Virus record (IMG/VR): IMGVR_UViG_3300021420_000019
Coordinates: 37,524 to 101,523 of that record
Length of the DNA: 64,000 bases
Strand: one strand, 5' to 3'
Origin: a virus
Of this stretch, positions 35,360-44,959 are shown piece after piece. The position numbers were made by a program, and so were the translations under genes. Numbering within the stretch: position 1 is the first letter of the stretch; the number at the start of each line of letters is the position of its first letter. A model generated the notes under the pieces. That model saw only the letters and a list, made by a program, of their open reading frames with translations, made no database searches and was not told where the DNA came from.

Positions 35360-35800
35360 ATGGCTGTTACAGGAAAAGACGCAGAGCTTCTTAAAGGTGG
35401 TAACGAGGAGAAGACTCCTGCGGAGCGGGCAGAGATTGCCAATCAAGCCCCCAATAAAGCGATATCCGAAGGTTCCGGCACGGTAGACGGAAAAAGTATC
35501 TGGAAAATGCGCGGCAGTATGAAAGATGGCGGCCCTGTTCATGAGACCGGAGCATATTTACTGCACGAGGGAGAGCATGTCGTCCCTAAGAAAGAGGCTA
35601 ATATGGCTGGAGAGAAAAAACACAACGTGTCACTTTATAGAAGTATGCACCACCTCCGAAAAGGGGGCTTGCATCGTGCGCTAGGAATTTCAGAAGGCGA
35701 GAATATCCCGGCAGATAAGTTGGAAGTTCACGAAGGCGATTCAACACATATGAAACACATGAAGAACTTCGCGAAGACCATGAAGGGATTTAAGAAGTAA
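35360..35800 (+). CDS. Hypothetical protein (possibly two fused modules)
   Basis: GGPVHETGAYLLHEGEHVVP; KGGLHRALG. Confidence 0.7.
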   Translation: MAVTGKDAELLKGGNEEKTPAERAEIANQAPNKAISEGSGTVDGKSIWKMRGSMKDGGPVHETGAYLLHEGEHVVPKKEANMAGEKKHNVSLYRSMHHLRKGGLHRALGISEGENIPADKLEVHEGDSTHMKHMKNFAKTMKGFKK

Positions 35801-36006
35801 TGGATATAAAATCCGTTCTATCCAAGTTGACGAATGACGCACATGTTCCAATTGCATTGGTCGTTTTCGCAGTTACTACAGGGTTCCATTTCTACACCGG
35901 CAAGGACCTCGGATCAGGATACGTGTCAAGTCTATACGCGTTTTATTCGTTCCTAGCAGGACATTTTGGATTCTCCCAGAAGTGGCCAGACAAAGACTCA
36001 CAGTAG
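35800..36006 (+). CDS. Small two-TM protein, holin-like
   Basis: Two hydrophobic segments, 68 aa. Confidence 0.5.
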   Translation: MDIKSVLSKLTNDAHVPIALVVFAVTTGFHFYTGKDLGSGYVSSLYAFYSFLAGHFGFSQKWPDKDSQ

Positions 36007-36011
36007 GTCCA

Positions 36012-36188
36012 ATGGACGAGAAAGTCCTCAAACAAATAATCGGAAAATTAATGATGCAGGTTGAGGAAGAGAAGCGCCTACGCATTGAAGCGATACAGGC
36101 GCTAGTAAATCTTCCTCTGCTACAGCCATTTTCGGTTAAAACTCCCACGCAAGAGGAGATTGATAGACGTATACAGGAGCTATTGTAA
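36012..36188 (+). CDS. Small hypothetical protein
   Basis: ATG 36012; coupled to the next gene. Confidence 0.55.
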   Translation: MDEKVLKQIIGKLMMQVEEEKRLRIEAIQALVNLPLLQPFSVKTPTQEEIDRRIQELL

Positions 36189-36826
36189 TGGCCGAAGAAA
36201 CAAATGAAAAACCGAGCGGCCAGGTCGTCTGTTACGCGGTGAGGCACGGGCGAACAGTTGCAAACGAAGAAAATAAGTTCCGTGGTCAGATGAATATTCC
36301 GTTGGACGAAAATGGAAAGCAGGACGCGAAAGATGCGGCGGAATTTTTGAAAGATAAGACAATCGGTCAAGCGTGGACAAGTCCTTTGAGTCGCTCTAAG
36401 GATACAGCAAAAGTGATTTTGAAAGGTCGCGGAATTAAAGCGATCCCAGATGAAGGATTGTTGCCACTGGACTCCGGGAAGCTCTCCGGGAAGAGTAAAG
36501 AAAAGCACAGGTCTCAGATGGATTATTATGAGGCTAACCCTGATAAGACCATCCCTGGCGGAGAGTCCCTGGATGATTTACACGAGAGAGCTAGACGCCC
36601 GCTGCTTAAAGCCCTTCGAGTCGGTCTTCGTACTAAGAAACCTAGTCTTATTAGTGCTCACGCCAGTATTCTTCATGTTTTAGGTGAGCTGCTTCACGGA
36701 GATCACGAGGTGGCGCTTACCGAGCCCGGCGGAATTGTTGAAGTCTCTTTCGACGGAAAGAGATTTCACGCGAAGCCGATCTTCAAAGCAAAAGAAGAGA
36801 CAAAAGAAACACAATACGCTTCATAA
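36188..36826 (+). CDS. Histidine phosphatase (phosphoglycerate mutase family)
   Basis: VRHGRT..N, SPLSRSKDTA, PGGES, SAH. Confidence 0.92.
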   Translation: MAEETNEKPSGQVVCYAVRHGRTVANEENKFRGQMNIPLDENGKQDAKDAAEFLKDKTIGQAWTSPLSRSKDTAKVILKGRGIKAIPDEGLLPLDSGKLSGKSKEKHRSQMDYYEANPDKTIPGGESLDDLHERARRPLLKALRVGLRTKKPSLISAHASILHVLGELLHGDHEVALTEPGGIVEVSFDGKRFHAKPIFKAKEETKETQYAS

Positions 36827-36841
36827 TATTCCGGAGACAAT

Positions 36842-39067
36842 ATGCCTTTAGTCGGTCAGGCCAAGCAAGATTGGGAGTTCGTAAGCTATCGTGCGAAACG
36901 GCAGACCGAGTACTGGGCCCGCATTGTAGACGGTGACGTGACTCTGGCAAGGGAACTCGATCCAGAGATTCTTGCAGCCGCGCTGAGTCAAGATAAGCCG
37001 TTCCGTTCAGAGGGACTGACCCTGAAGGAACTGTGGATGCTCTATATTGGCGTGAATAAGCTAACCGAGGAAGAGGAACAGCGCGGAAAGAAAAAGAAGA
37101 AAGACCAGTCTATCGAGCCGATCAAGTCCCGAAGGATCGCTGGCATGCCGCTGTTGGATAAGAAGGGAGTTCCAACGGGCGAGTACGAATATGGTGTCCA
37201 CTTTCACGATTCTGGATATCTGCACTTCGACCAGTGGCTATACGCACGAGATCAGGCCCGTAAGAACCTGTTGTGGTTGAATCGAGAAGTTCTCGGCAAT
37301 ACCCTTGTAATCGAGAGGGTTCATCAGCAGGTTTGCGATCAGTTTGTCTTCCCGAACTTTGATGGCGTGTACCGTCACGGATACACGATCCAGGAACTGA
37401 CCGGCACTATCAAGAACTTGAATAGAGTTCCTAGAAAGTGGGACCTGGAATCTCGAAACTACGTTCCGAGGACCCAGACCGATATCGAGAACCCGGATAA
37501 CTACGCTAAAATTTCCATGACCGAGGACGCTAGAGACTTTTTCAAGTCAACCATCGGTCGCGCTCACGTAATTCAGTTGATGCTGGCGATACCGGATGTC
37601 AGCATCATCATCTGTTGCGCGGATAACAACCTCGCTGAAATTTTCGTAACTGAAATCAAAAAGAAGTTCTTTCTCGGTGCAGGAGCAGACCCAGGTCCTA
37701 TACATCTGCTATTTCCTGAGTACGTTCTACGCGGGGTTAAGGGAACGTCTAACGAGCCCCTTTGGACTCCGGCTCGTAGGCTAGAGCGAACATATCCTAC
37801 CCTGTGGGCCGACTCAATCGAGTCCACACTGTCTGGTTTGCATTGCGATTTCTTCAACTTGGACGACGTGATCTCTAACACGAACTGTCAGACTCCGATC
37901 ACCCGCGAAAAGATGAAGAACCATATCGATACTAACATGTCGGTGTGCGACACTTGGGGCTGGATCAACATAATTGGCACCAGATACTTTCCGGATGATT
38001 ATTACGGGTATCTGGAGGCCATGTCGATAGAGAAGCCGGAAATTTACGGCATTAAGCTCTTCAAGAGAGCGGCCTGGTATGTAAAGCCAGAGTTCGCTCA
38101 CATCGGGAATAAGAAAGTCAAGATGCTCGAAGAGCACATGGTCAACTTGACCTTCCCAGAGCACGCCGACTGGAAGTTCCTCCAGGGAAAGCTAAGAAAC
38201 GAGTACACGTTCCGTTGTCAGTATCTGAACGAGCCCGTCTGGGGTTCGGATCAGATCGACATGCCCTTAGAGTTGTTGAAGGCCCACCTGATGAACCCGA
38301 TGGAGTCCAATACTCTACAGGGCGAGATTTTTGTCATGGGCGATATGGCGAAGGAAGCCAAGAAGAACTCGGATTACTCTACCTTCGTCGCGATGAAGAT
38401 TTACAGGAAGCGGGACCCGAACACACAGCAGCAAGACGGAACTGTCGCGGTTGTGATCCTTGAGGTCGTTTATGGCCGCTGGACACAGACCGAGACAGCA
38501 TACCAGCTCGCACAAATTAACAGGAGATGGAACCCGCGTCGTATTCAAATAGAGAATACAGGCGGACTGGAGTCGTTCATCTCTTACGCCATACCCGAGG
38601 CGTTTAGAAAGACGGGCCAACCCTGGTACCACATATTTTGGGCACCAGTTGAGCAAGGCTACGACGCAAAAAGAAACAGAATAAAAGGTCTAGAGGTTCT
38701 TTTAAAAGCTGATCGACTTTATTTTGCTATGGGGCCCTGGAACGACGAAGCTTTCACACAGTTAAGTCAATACACTGGCGCGAAGAGCACCCGTTCTAGG
38801 AAGGATGATATACCGGACGCAATGTCATTTATCAGCCGGTATCTTCCCAGTAGTTCTCCAAAGTCCCCCGAGCAACAGCAGCAAGAGGTAGATCAGCAAG
38901 AGAAAGAGATGGGCGCAAAATTACTAAAGGCGCAGCACGACGCGATGTTCGGTCCGACGAGTTTTAATTACACTCCGCCAGCCGAGCCCGCACCAATATC
39001 TTCAAACCCTAGCGGTAACACCGGGCTAGTCGGACGTTTATTCGGCGGGAACGGGATGAGAGCATAA
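36842..39067 (+). CDS. Terminase large subunit
   Basis: ARDFFKST (Walker A-like), GLHCDFFNLDDV, IGTRY...D, F.CQYLN.P, GDMA...SDYS, KDDIPDAMS. Confidence 0.9.
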   Translation: MPLVGQAKQDWEFVSYRAKRQTEYWARIVDGDVTLARELDPEILAAALSQDKPFRSEGLTLKELWMLYIGVNKLTEEEEQRGKKKKKDQSIEPIKSRRIAGMPLLDKKGVPTGEYEYGVHFHDSGYLHFDQWLYARDQARKNLLWLNREVLGNTLVIERVHQQVCDQFVFPNFDGVYRHGYTIQELTGTIKNLNRVPRKWDLESRNYVPRTQTDIENPDNYAKISMTEDARDFFKSTIGRAHVIQLMLAIPDVSIIICCADNNLAEIFVTEIKKKFFLGAGADPGPIHLLFPEYVLRGVKGTSNEPLWTPARRLERTYPTLWADSIESTLSGLHCDFFNLDDVISNTNCQTPITREKMKNHIDTNMSVCDTWGWINIIGTRYFPDDYYGYLEAMSIEKPEIYGIKLFKRAAWYVKPEFAHIGNKKVKMLEEHMVNLTFPEHADWKFLQGKLRNEYTFRCQYLNEPVWGSDQIDMPLELLKAHLMNPMESNTLQGEIFVMGDMAKEAKKNSDYSTFVAMKIYRKRDPNTQQQDGTVAVVILEVVYGRWTQTETAYQLAQINRRWNPRRIQIENTGGLESFISYAIPEAFRKTGQPWYHIFWAPVEQGYDAKRNRIKGLEVLLKADRLYFAMGPWNDEAFTQLSQYTGAKSTRSRKDDIPDAMSFISRYLPSSSPKSPEQQQQEVDQQEKEMGAKLLKAQHDAMFGPTSFNYTPPAEPAPISSNPSGNTGLVGRLFGGNGMRA

Positions 39068-39068
39068 C

Positions 39069-41189
39069 ATGACGGAACCATTGAACCCGCATGCGGCTGA
39101 AACCCTTGAGAGAAGGGCAGTCGATACTGTGGGCGATATTACGTCAAAGGACATGCACAAGGATTCCGGCACCGGGACCTACATGTTCGATGACAGGGCC
39201 GCGCTAAAGTTAGTTTTAGATGACGCTTCACGCGCCGACAATTACATCAACATCAACCAGTGGGCGAGTTCGTGGCAAGACTCCGATATCATTTTGCAGA
39301 GTCCCCGCCAGTCTAGCGCGTTCGATGGTGGGAACGTATCTCAGGCGAACGTTCCGAAGTTTACCCTGTCGAACCACATCAGTTCGATTGTTCCAAAGAT
39401 TATTGAGGGTCTCTTCTATGAGGACCCCCCGTTCTTGCTACGCCCGCGCCCGGGCACGAAGCAAGAGGTAACCCGTGCGAAGACCGCCTTGTTCTCCGCG
39501 CAACTGTGGGATATGCGGTTCAAGACCCAGGTCGAGCGCGGCACAGATCAGATGGCGCTGTTCGGGACCACTATATTCAAGTGGGGCTATCTAGAGAAGC
39601 CGGAGAAGGTTAAGAAGGCCCGTCGCAAGGCGGGACAGGCGATATTAGACACCTCGGTCTCTACCTCGCAGATCGATACTCCGGATTCGGACGACTTCGA
39701 AACATACATCGAAGAAGTTAAGATTTCTCGCCCGTGGTTTAAGTTCTGCGACATACGTACGGTCTTAGTGGACCCAGGCACCCGCGTCGGGGATATCCGA
39801 GAATCGAAGTGGGTAGTCTATCGCGATTACGCCACATATGACGATCTGAACAGCCTACGCGGTCTCTCGGGATACGATGTCCCGAGCGAAGAGGACTTGC
39901 AGGCGTTCTTCTTGTCCGGCCCGACAGTGAAGGCGGACAATATTACGATGACCATCCCGGAAGGTATGCGTGGCTACCTCCAGCACGCGCTCCCGCGTAG
40001 CTTTAAGACCAGCGCCGATCCGCAAGACTCTCCGATGGAGATTCTTGAGCGTTGGGATAAGCAGAAGGTCATTGTCGTACTCGCGTTCAACGGCAAGAAT
40101 ATATTGCTCCGAAACGAGCCGAACCCGTACGGAAAGATTCCGTTCTTTAGCGCAAACTGGAGAAATCTCCCGGACGCGTTCTACGGACAGGGCCTAGGAC
40201 AGCTAATCGGTTCAGAGCAGATCGTTGAACAAGGCATCACGAACCTAGCGCTTGATCTACTTGCGTACGGCTTGCAGCCTACAGCCGTTCGTAAGAAGGG
40301 CTTCAACGTTCCGACACAGATGACCCGCTGGAAGCAGGGCGGTATTATTGATGTCGATGATGATGTCGATAAAGCGTTCAAGTTCCTGACGATGCCTCCG
40401 GTCCCCGGCGAAGCATGGCAATTTTTACAGCAGGCACAGCAGGCCGCAGCGACAACATCTGGCGCGAACGAAATAGTCGGCCAGGGCGGAACCACAGGCG
40501 GCGGGCGTGGAACAGGAATGCGTTCCGGTACCGGAGCGTCAGCCGTTATCCAGGCCAACGCGTCCCGTTTGGACGGTCCGAGCGCACGTTTGGTTGAGCA
40601 GGTATTCGTCCCTTGGTTGTATCAAATGGATGAACTTAATAATGAACTTCTTCCAACATCAGTCCTCCGTCGAGTTCTCGGCGAGGAGTTGGGGGAGGTC
40701 TATATGGGCGATCATATCGACTTCCGAAATGCGAAGTTCGAATATGAGGTCCTCGCTGGAGCGCACCTCGGAGCCAAGAAAGAGATGGCTCAAGCGTTAC
40801 CAGTGATAATTCAGTTACTGAATAATCCTACATTTGTACAAAATGTAAATGACGGTCACTATCAATTTGACGCTGTGGCCATCTTTAAAGCCTTTACAGA
40901 TGCCGCCGGTTGGAAATTTAGTCAATCGTTTCTTCGTCCTATGTCACCGGAAGAGATACAGAAGCATGAAGCAAATTCTCCCGCTGCTATGCAGGCTCAG
41001 CAATTAAAGGGCCAACAGGCGATGCAGGCTCAGAAATTCCAACAGGATCAACAGTTAGAAGATCAAAAGACCCTAGGTAAGGCAGGTGCTGAAGTTCTCA
41101 GATCAGCTACCGAGCATTCTCTGGGAATGGAACAAGCCGGACAACCCAGCGATAACGCTGAGTCGTTTGGTTCGACAACGACGGTATAA
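39069..41189 (+). CDS. Portal protein
   Basis: Follows terminase; NPYGKIPFF...FYGQGLG; Q-rich C-terminus. Confidence 0.88.
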   Translation: MTEPLNPHAAETLERRAVDTVGDITSKDMHKDSGTGTYMFDDRAALKLVLDDASRADNYININQWASSWQDSDIILQSPRQSSAFDGGNVSQANVPKFTLSNHISSIVPKIIEGLFYEDPPFLLRPRPGTKQEVTRAKTALFSAQLWDMRFKTQVERGTDQMALFGTTIFKWGYLEKPEKVKKARRKAGQAILDTSVSTSQIDTPDSDDFETYIEEVKISRPWFKFCDIRTVLVDPGTRVGDIRESKWVVYRDYATYDDLNSLRGLSGYDVPSEEDLQAFFLSGPTVKADNITMTIPEGMRGYLQHALPRSFKTSADPQDSPMEILERWDKQKVIVVLAFNGKNILLRNEPNPYGKIPFFSANWRNLPDAFYGQGLGQLIGSEQIVEQGITNLALDLLAYGLQPTAVRKKGFNVPTQMTRWKQGGIIDVDDDVDKAFKFLTMPPVPGEAWQFLQQAQQAAATTSGANEIVGQGGTTGGGRGTGMRSGTGASAVIQANASRLDGPSARLVEQVFVPWLYQMDELNNELLPTSVLRRVLGEELGEVYMGDHIDFRNAKFEYEVLAGAHLGAKKEMAQALPVIIQLLNNPTFVQNVNDGHYQFDAVAIFKAFTDAAGWKFSQSFLRPMSPEEIQKHEANSPAAMQAQQLKGQQAMQAQKFQQDQQLEDQKTLGKAGAEVLRSATEHSLGMEQAGQPSDNAESFGSTTTV

Positions 41190-41275
41190 ATTTCCCACAG
41201 CCTCATGAACTGTGGTATACTAATCAGGGGCGAGCCTAGTACTCGCCTCAGATTATCTTACTAGGAGATAAAATG
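41190..41275 (+). promoter_or_regulatory. Upstream hairpin, TATACT -10 box and kissing-loop element, copy 6
   Basis: ccacag cctcatgaa ctgtgg TATACT aatc aggggcgag[cctagta]ctcgcctca gatt atct[tactagg]agat aaa ATG. Confidence 0.82.
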
Positions 41276-41839
41276 AAAAATTTAATAGGTAAAGTATTCG
41301 GAAGACTTACAGTTGTAGAAAGACTTGAGAATCACGTCGCTCCATGCGGTCTTCAAATTGTAAAGTGGAGATGTTCCTGTTCTTGCGGTGAAACTACTGA
41401 GGTATCTTCTAATAGCCTTTCAACAGGGAAAGTAAAGTCTTGCGGGTGCCTCGCAAAAGAGATGGCGGCACAAAAAGGATTTTTAAACGCAACTCACGGT
41501 GGGTATTCTAAGAACCGCAGTCTAGAAGATCAGATTAAGTTTCAGGCCCTGATAAATATAAGGGAGAGATCGAAGCGCAGGGGCTATGAGTCTGATTTAG
41601 AGATGTGTGATCTACCGGGCCTAACTGATTCATGTCCTGTATTAGGTATTAAATACTCTAGAGGGTCCTTAAAAGATAAGAATTTTTCTCCGTCCATAGA
41701 TCGAAAGAATACGAACCTACCGTATTTAAAGAAGTATAAAGATAATCTTGTATTTATTTCGCATCGAGCTAATAGGATTAAGTCCGATGCGACAATCGAA
41801 GAATTGCAAAAGATTTTGCAGTATCTTCAAAAGGAATGA
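41273..41839 (+). CDS. HNH homing endonuclease
   Basis: LIGKVFGRL..CSCSCG..SCGC; CPVLG..SPSIDRKN...N..FISHRANRIK. Confidence 0.88.
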   Translation: MKNLIGKVFGRLTVVERLENHVAPCGLQIVKWRCSCSCGETTEVSSNSLSTGKVKSCGCLAKEMAAQKGFLNATHGGYSKNRSLEDQIKFQALINIRERSKRRGYESDLEMCDLPGLTDSCPVLGIKYSRGSLKDKNFSPSIDRKNTNLPYLKKYKDNLVFISHRANRIKSDATIEELQKILQYLQKE

Positions 41840-41840
41840 G

Positions 41841-42167
41841 ATGGCAAATAAACATCCGCTTTTAGCAAATGAGCTAACGCCAACAGAGCAGGTTTCGTTA
41901 GCCGCATTGAAGCAGTATCCTGGCTTTTCGGTGTTAGAAAAGCTATTAATGGAAGCATGTAAACGAGCCACAGAAGATGTTATTAAACTCGATCCCGTCG
42001 AGGAGGGCTATGAGCGGAAGCTCAAAGCACTTCAGTCCAGGGCTCGGGAACGCAATGAATTTTCTCTTCTAGTTTTGGGGTCGGTAGAGTGGCAGATAGC
42101 GATGGCCGCACCGGCAGAAAGAGAGGAAGAGCCGCAAGAAAATCGAATAGTAAAAGGAATGAAATAA
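41841..42167 (+). CDS. Hypothetical head-assembly-region protein
   Basis: AAGGA RBS, ATG 41841; lies between portal and scaffold. Confidence 0.65.
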   Translation: MANKHPLLANELTPTEQVSLAALKQYPGFSVLEKLLMEACKRATEDVIKLDPVEEGYERKLKALQSRARERNEFSLLVLGSVEWQIAMAAPAEREEEPQENRIVKGMK

Positions 42168-43384
42168 TGAGTGTAACCCAAGGAATAACCCCCGAAACTC
42201 TAACGTTTGATGAAATCAAACTGTGGAGCGGTCAGGAGATGAAAGATCAGATGCGCAGGTCTAACGAGATGCGCGAGGCGGTCTATAAGATCATCTCGTC
42301 TAGGTCTCTATCGGAAGTTGAGGCGGCGCAGACACAGATAGATCAGAACGCCCCTCCGGCAGAGATAGTACCGACCACCGATGAGGCAGCCGCAGCCGAA
42401 CAACAGCGTTTGGCGGCAGAGGCCGAAGCACAGCGTGTCACGGCGCAGGAGACCGCACGCCAGGCCGCAGAGACCGCTGAAAACGAACAGTTACGTGTCG
42501 CCGGTATCACGGTTCAACGTGACCAGAACGGTAGTATTGTAAAATTGATTCAGGATTATCACGTACCCAGGGAAGACGGAACCCCTATCGGGCGACCGAC
42601 GCACCTAGAGGCCCGAAGCTGGCCCGAACTGGTTGCAAAGCAGAAAGAGGCGCACAGTCAGGCGACGAGAGCGTTCGACCGCTTGAAGTCACAGAAGATT
42701 TCATTTAAAGATCAACAGCCTATCGTTCCGGCTCAACAATCGGATGCGGACTTACTCGCCGCTATGAAAGACCTGAGATCAGACGATCCTCAGAAGCAGC
42801 TCGACGCTCTCAGAAAGGTTCAGAAGGCCGAGGCGGATAAAGTTAACGCCGAGCAGGCTGAATTTAGACGCCAGGCAGATGTAAGTAAGCGGTTCTTGGC
42901 GAATCACAAACACGACTTTAATAACTGTAAGGCAAACATCGAAATGGTCAAGGAATATTTCGAGCAGAACCCGGAACTCGCGTGGACTGACGATAACCTT
43001 GAAATTTGCTTACACGCCTTGGAATCAAAGCTGGCTCCTGTCGAGCCAGTAGCGCCCGTAGCCCCGGCTAATCCGGCACCGGCGGTAGCGCCAGTAGTTC
43101 CGACAATAGCAACGCCAGCGGCAGTGCAGCCGCAGGTGATTGTTCCGGCACCAACAGCAGCCCCGGCTAATCCGGTGGTGATTGTTCCAAGGCCGGGAGT
43201 CAACGGCGGACTCGTACCAGGTGAGACTTCAGCGTCTCGCCCGGGACCAGCGAAACCGAAAGGACTCACAGCGGAAGAGATTAAATCGTGGGACGGCCCG
43301 ACGATGCGAGCGAATATGCGTAATCCGCAGATGCGCCCGCAAATAGAACAGTTTTTCGCCGACCGTGCTCAAGGTAAAAGGTAA
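42167..43384 (+). CDS. Capsid scaffolding protein
   Basis: Helical, A/P-rich linker, directly upstream of the capsid gene; ATG 42167. Confidence 0.65.
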   Translation: MSVTQGITPETLTFDEIKLWSGQEMKDQMRRSNEMREAVYKIISSRSLSEVEAAQTQIDQNAPPAEIVPTTDEAAAAEQQRLAAEAEAQRVTAQETARQAAETAENEQLRVAGITVQRDQNGSIVKLIQDYHVPREDGTPIGRPTHLEARSWPELVAKQKEAHSQATRAFDRLKSQKISFKDQQPIVPAQQSDADLLAAMKDLRSDDPQKQLDALRKVQKAEADKVNAEQAEFRRQADVSKRFLANHKHDFNNCKANIEMVKEYFEQNPELAWTDDNLEICLHALESKLAPVEPVAPVAPANPAPAVAPVVPTIATPAAVQPQVIVPAPTAAPANPVVIVPRPGVNGGLVPGETSASRPGPAKPKGLTAEEIKSWDGPTMRANMRNPQMRPQIEQFFADRAQGKR

Positions 43385-43418
43385 ACCGCGCATCTAAAGC
43401 ACACTGGAGGGCACTGCT

Positions 43419-44836
43419 ATGGCAGGCTCACCAAATCCGTCAGCAGCAAATGTTGGGAATATATTGACGGCACAAAGTATCCTTTTCGATAAGGAACTTA
43501 TTCCTAACCTCAATTAATGGGGTCACTTAGATTTTAAGTGAGAATCTTCTCTAATGGACTTGAACCCTGAGACGGGAACAAGGCGCAAGCGAAAGCAGCG
43601 TGAGAGACTAAACGAGAAGACCCGCTGACGGCGGGATGCGATAGTCCGCTCTAACAGGAAAAAGAACTGTTAGTTAACATAAGGCAAGGGAGAAACGGAC
43701 GCGTTCCTCGTAGCGGCAGAGCGTAAAGTTCAGCCGTTGAACGCAGGTATCAACCGTCAGTTCTTCCAGTACAACACCCTAACCGGCGACACGACACAGG
43801 TCGGTGATGGCGTGGTAGGCGCACCAGAGTTCGTAGGACAGATTTCATCTCCCGCGCAAGTTGGAGAGTGGAACAACTACAGTAACTTCAGCAGCTTTGT
43901 TATCGCTTCAGCCTTGGACGATGTAGTTGGAAACAGCGCAATCGAACTAGGCTACCAAGCGGGACAGAGCATCTCTGAGTTGTACAGCGCGGTAGCCGAT
44001 GCAGCAGGAGCGGCCAGCGTTGACACCCAGGTTAACCAGAGCGCGTTGCTAACTACCCCGTTCGTTCTCGATTTGGGAACGGTACGTGAGTTGAAGCAGC
44101 AGCTTGTTTCCAAGAACGTGTTGCCGAACCGTGGCGGCAAGTTCGCAGGGGTCGTTTCACCTAACGTCCTAGGCGATATCTTCAATGCAACGACAGTGAA
44201 CAACTCAATCGTTGACTTGTGGAAGCTTGGCAACATCGACAAGTTCGACAAGATGGCAGGTTCGGACCAGAAGATGGATATCGAACTGCCAGGCACAAAC
44301 ATCGTGCTTCGTCAGACACCTTTCGTTACCACAACCGCGAACTACAGCGGCAGCGGTAAGATCGCGTATCGCACCTACGTCTTCGGCAACTACGCCTTGA
44401 TCGGCGTGTGGCTAGAAGTCGGAGGCGACACCGACCTTCACGAAGGCGACTGGCGCACGATTGACTGTAAGGTTGTTGACAACGCTCCGGCGTCGTCATT
44501 CGACCCGACCGGAACAATCGGCGGATGGTGTTCCTAAATTATTGGGTCACTCGAAAGAGTGAGAATCTTCTCTGATTGACTTGGAAGCTGAGATGGCTGA
44601 CAGGGCGGAAGCCGAAAGGTACCGTGAGAGACTAAGCGAGAAGACGCCGCAAGGCGATGCGATAGTCCGTTCTCATGAGAAAAAGAATCATGAGAGGTTA
44701 GCAGAAATGACTAACCTATTACTTAAAAGTAATATAACAAAAAGATAAGTTTCATCAAACAGTCTCATTGCCTCCCGCCAGGGGTGCCAATACCCAACGC
44801 ATGCGTTGGATTGATAGTGTCCCGGCTATTCAGTAG
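43419..44836 (+). CDS. Major capsid protein, three exons: 43419-43510, 43685-44535, 44745-44836 (344 aa)
   Basis: GGAGG RBS; removing both introns restores the frame: ...KELIPNL|KGETDAF... and ...GGWCS|YKFHQTV...PAIQ*; N4-gp56/P22-like position. Confidence 0.88.
43511..43684 (+). mobile_element. Group I intron 1 (174 nt, ORF-less)
   Basis: Follows exon U, ends in G; GAGAGACTAAACGAGAAGA and GATAGTCC (P7); P3 tcttctc/gagaaga. Confidence 0.9.
44536..44744 (+). mobile_element. Group I intron 2 (209 nt, ORF-less)
   Basis: Follows exon U, ends in G; GAGAGACTAAGCGAGAAGA / GATAGTCC; closely related to intron 1. Confidence 0.9.
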
Positions 44837-44870
44837 GCAATAACTAGATAGTTAACACTATTTAGAAACA

Positions 44871-44959
44871 ATTTCCCACGACCTCATGAATCGTGGTATA
44901 CTAATCAGGGGTAGAGCCTAGAACTCTACCCCAGATTATCTTTCTAGGAGATTAAAATG
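44871..44959 (+). promoter_or_regulatory. Upstream hairpin, TATACT -10 box and kissing-loop element, copy 7
   Basis: ccacga cctcatgaa tcgtgg TATACT aatc aggggtagag[cctagaa]ctctacccca gatt atct[ttctagg]agat taaa ATG. Confidence 0.82.

Noticed and set aside
36842-41189. Intein or intron in terminase or portal
   Set aside because: Frames are continuous, with no C...HN intein ends or LAGLIDADG blocks seen
43737-44537. 266-aa ORF as a complete capsid gene
   Set aside because: It is only part of exon 2; the true start (43419) and end (44836) lie beyond the two introns
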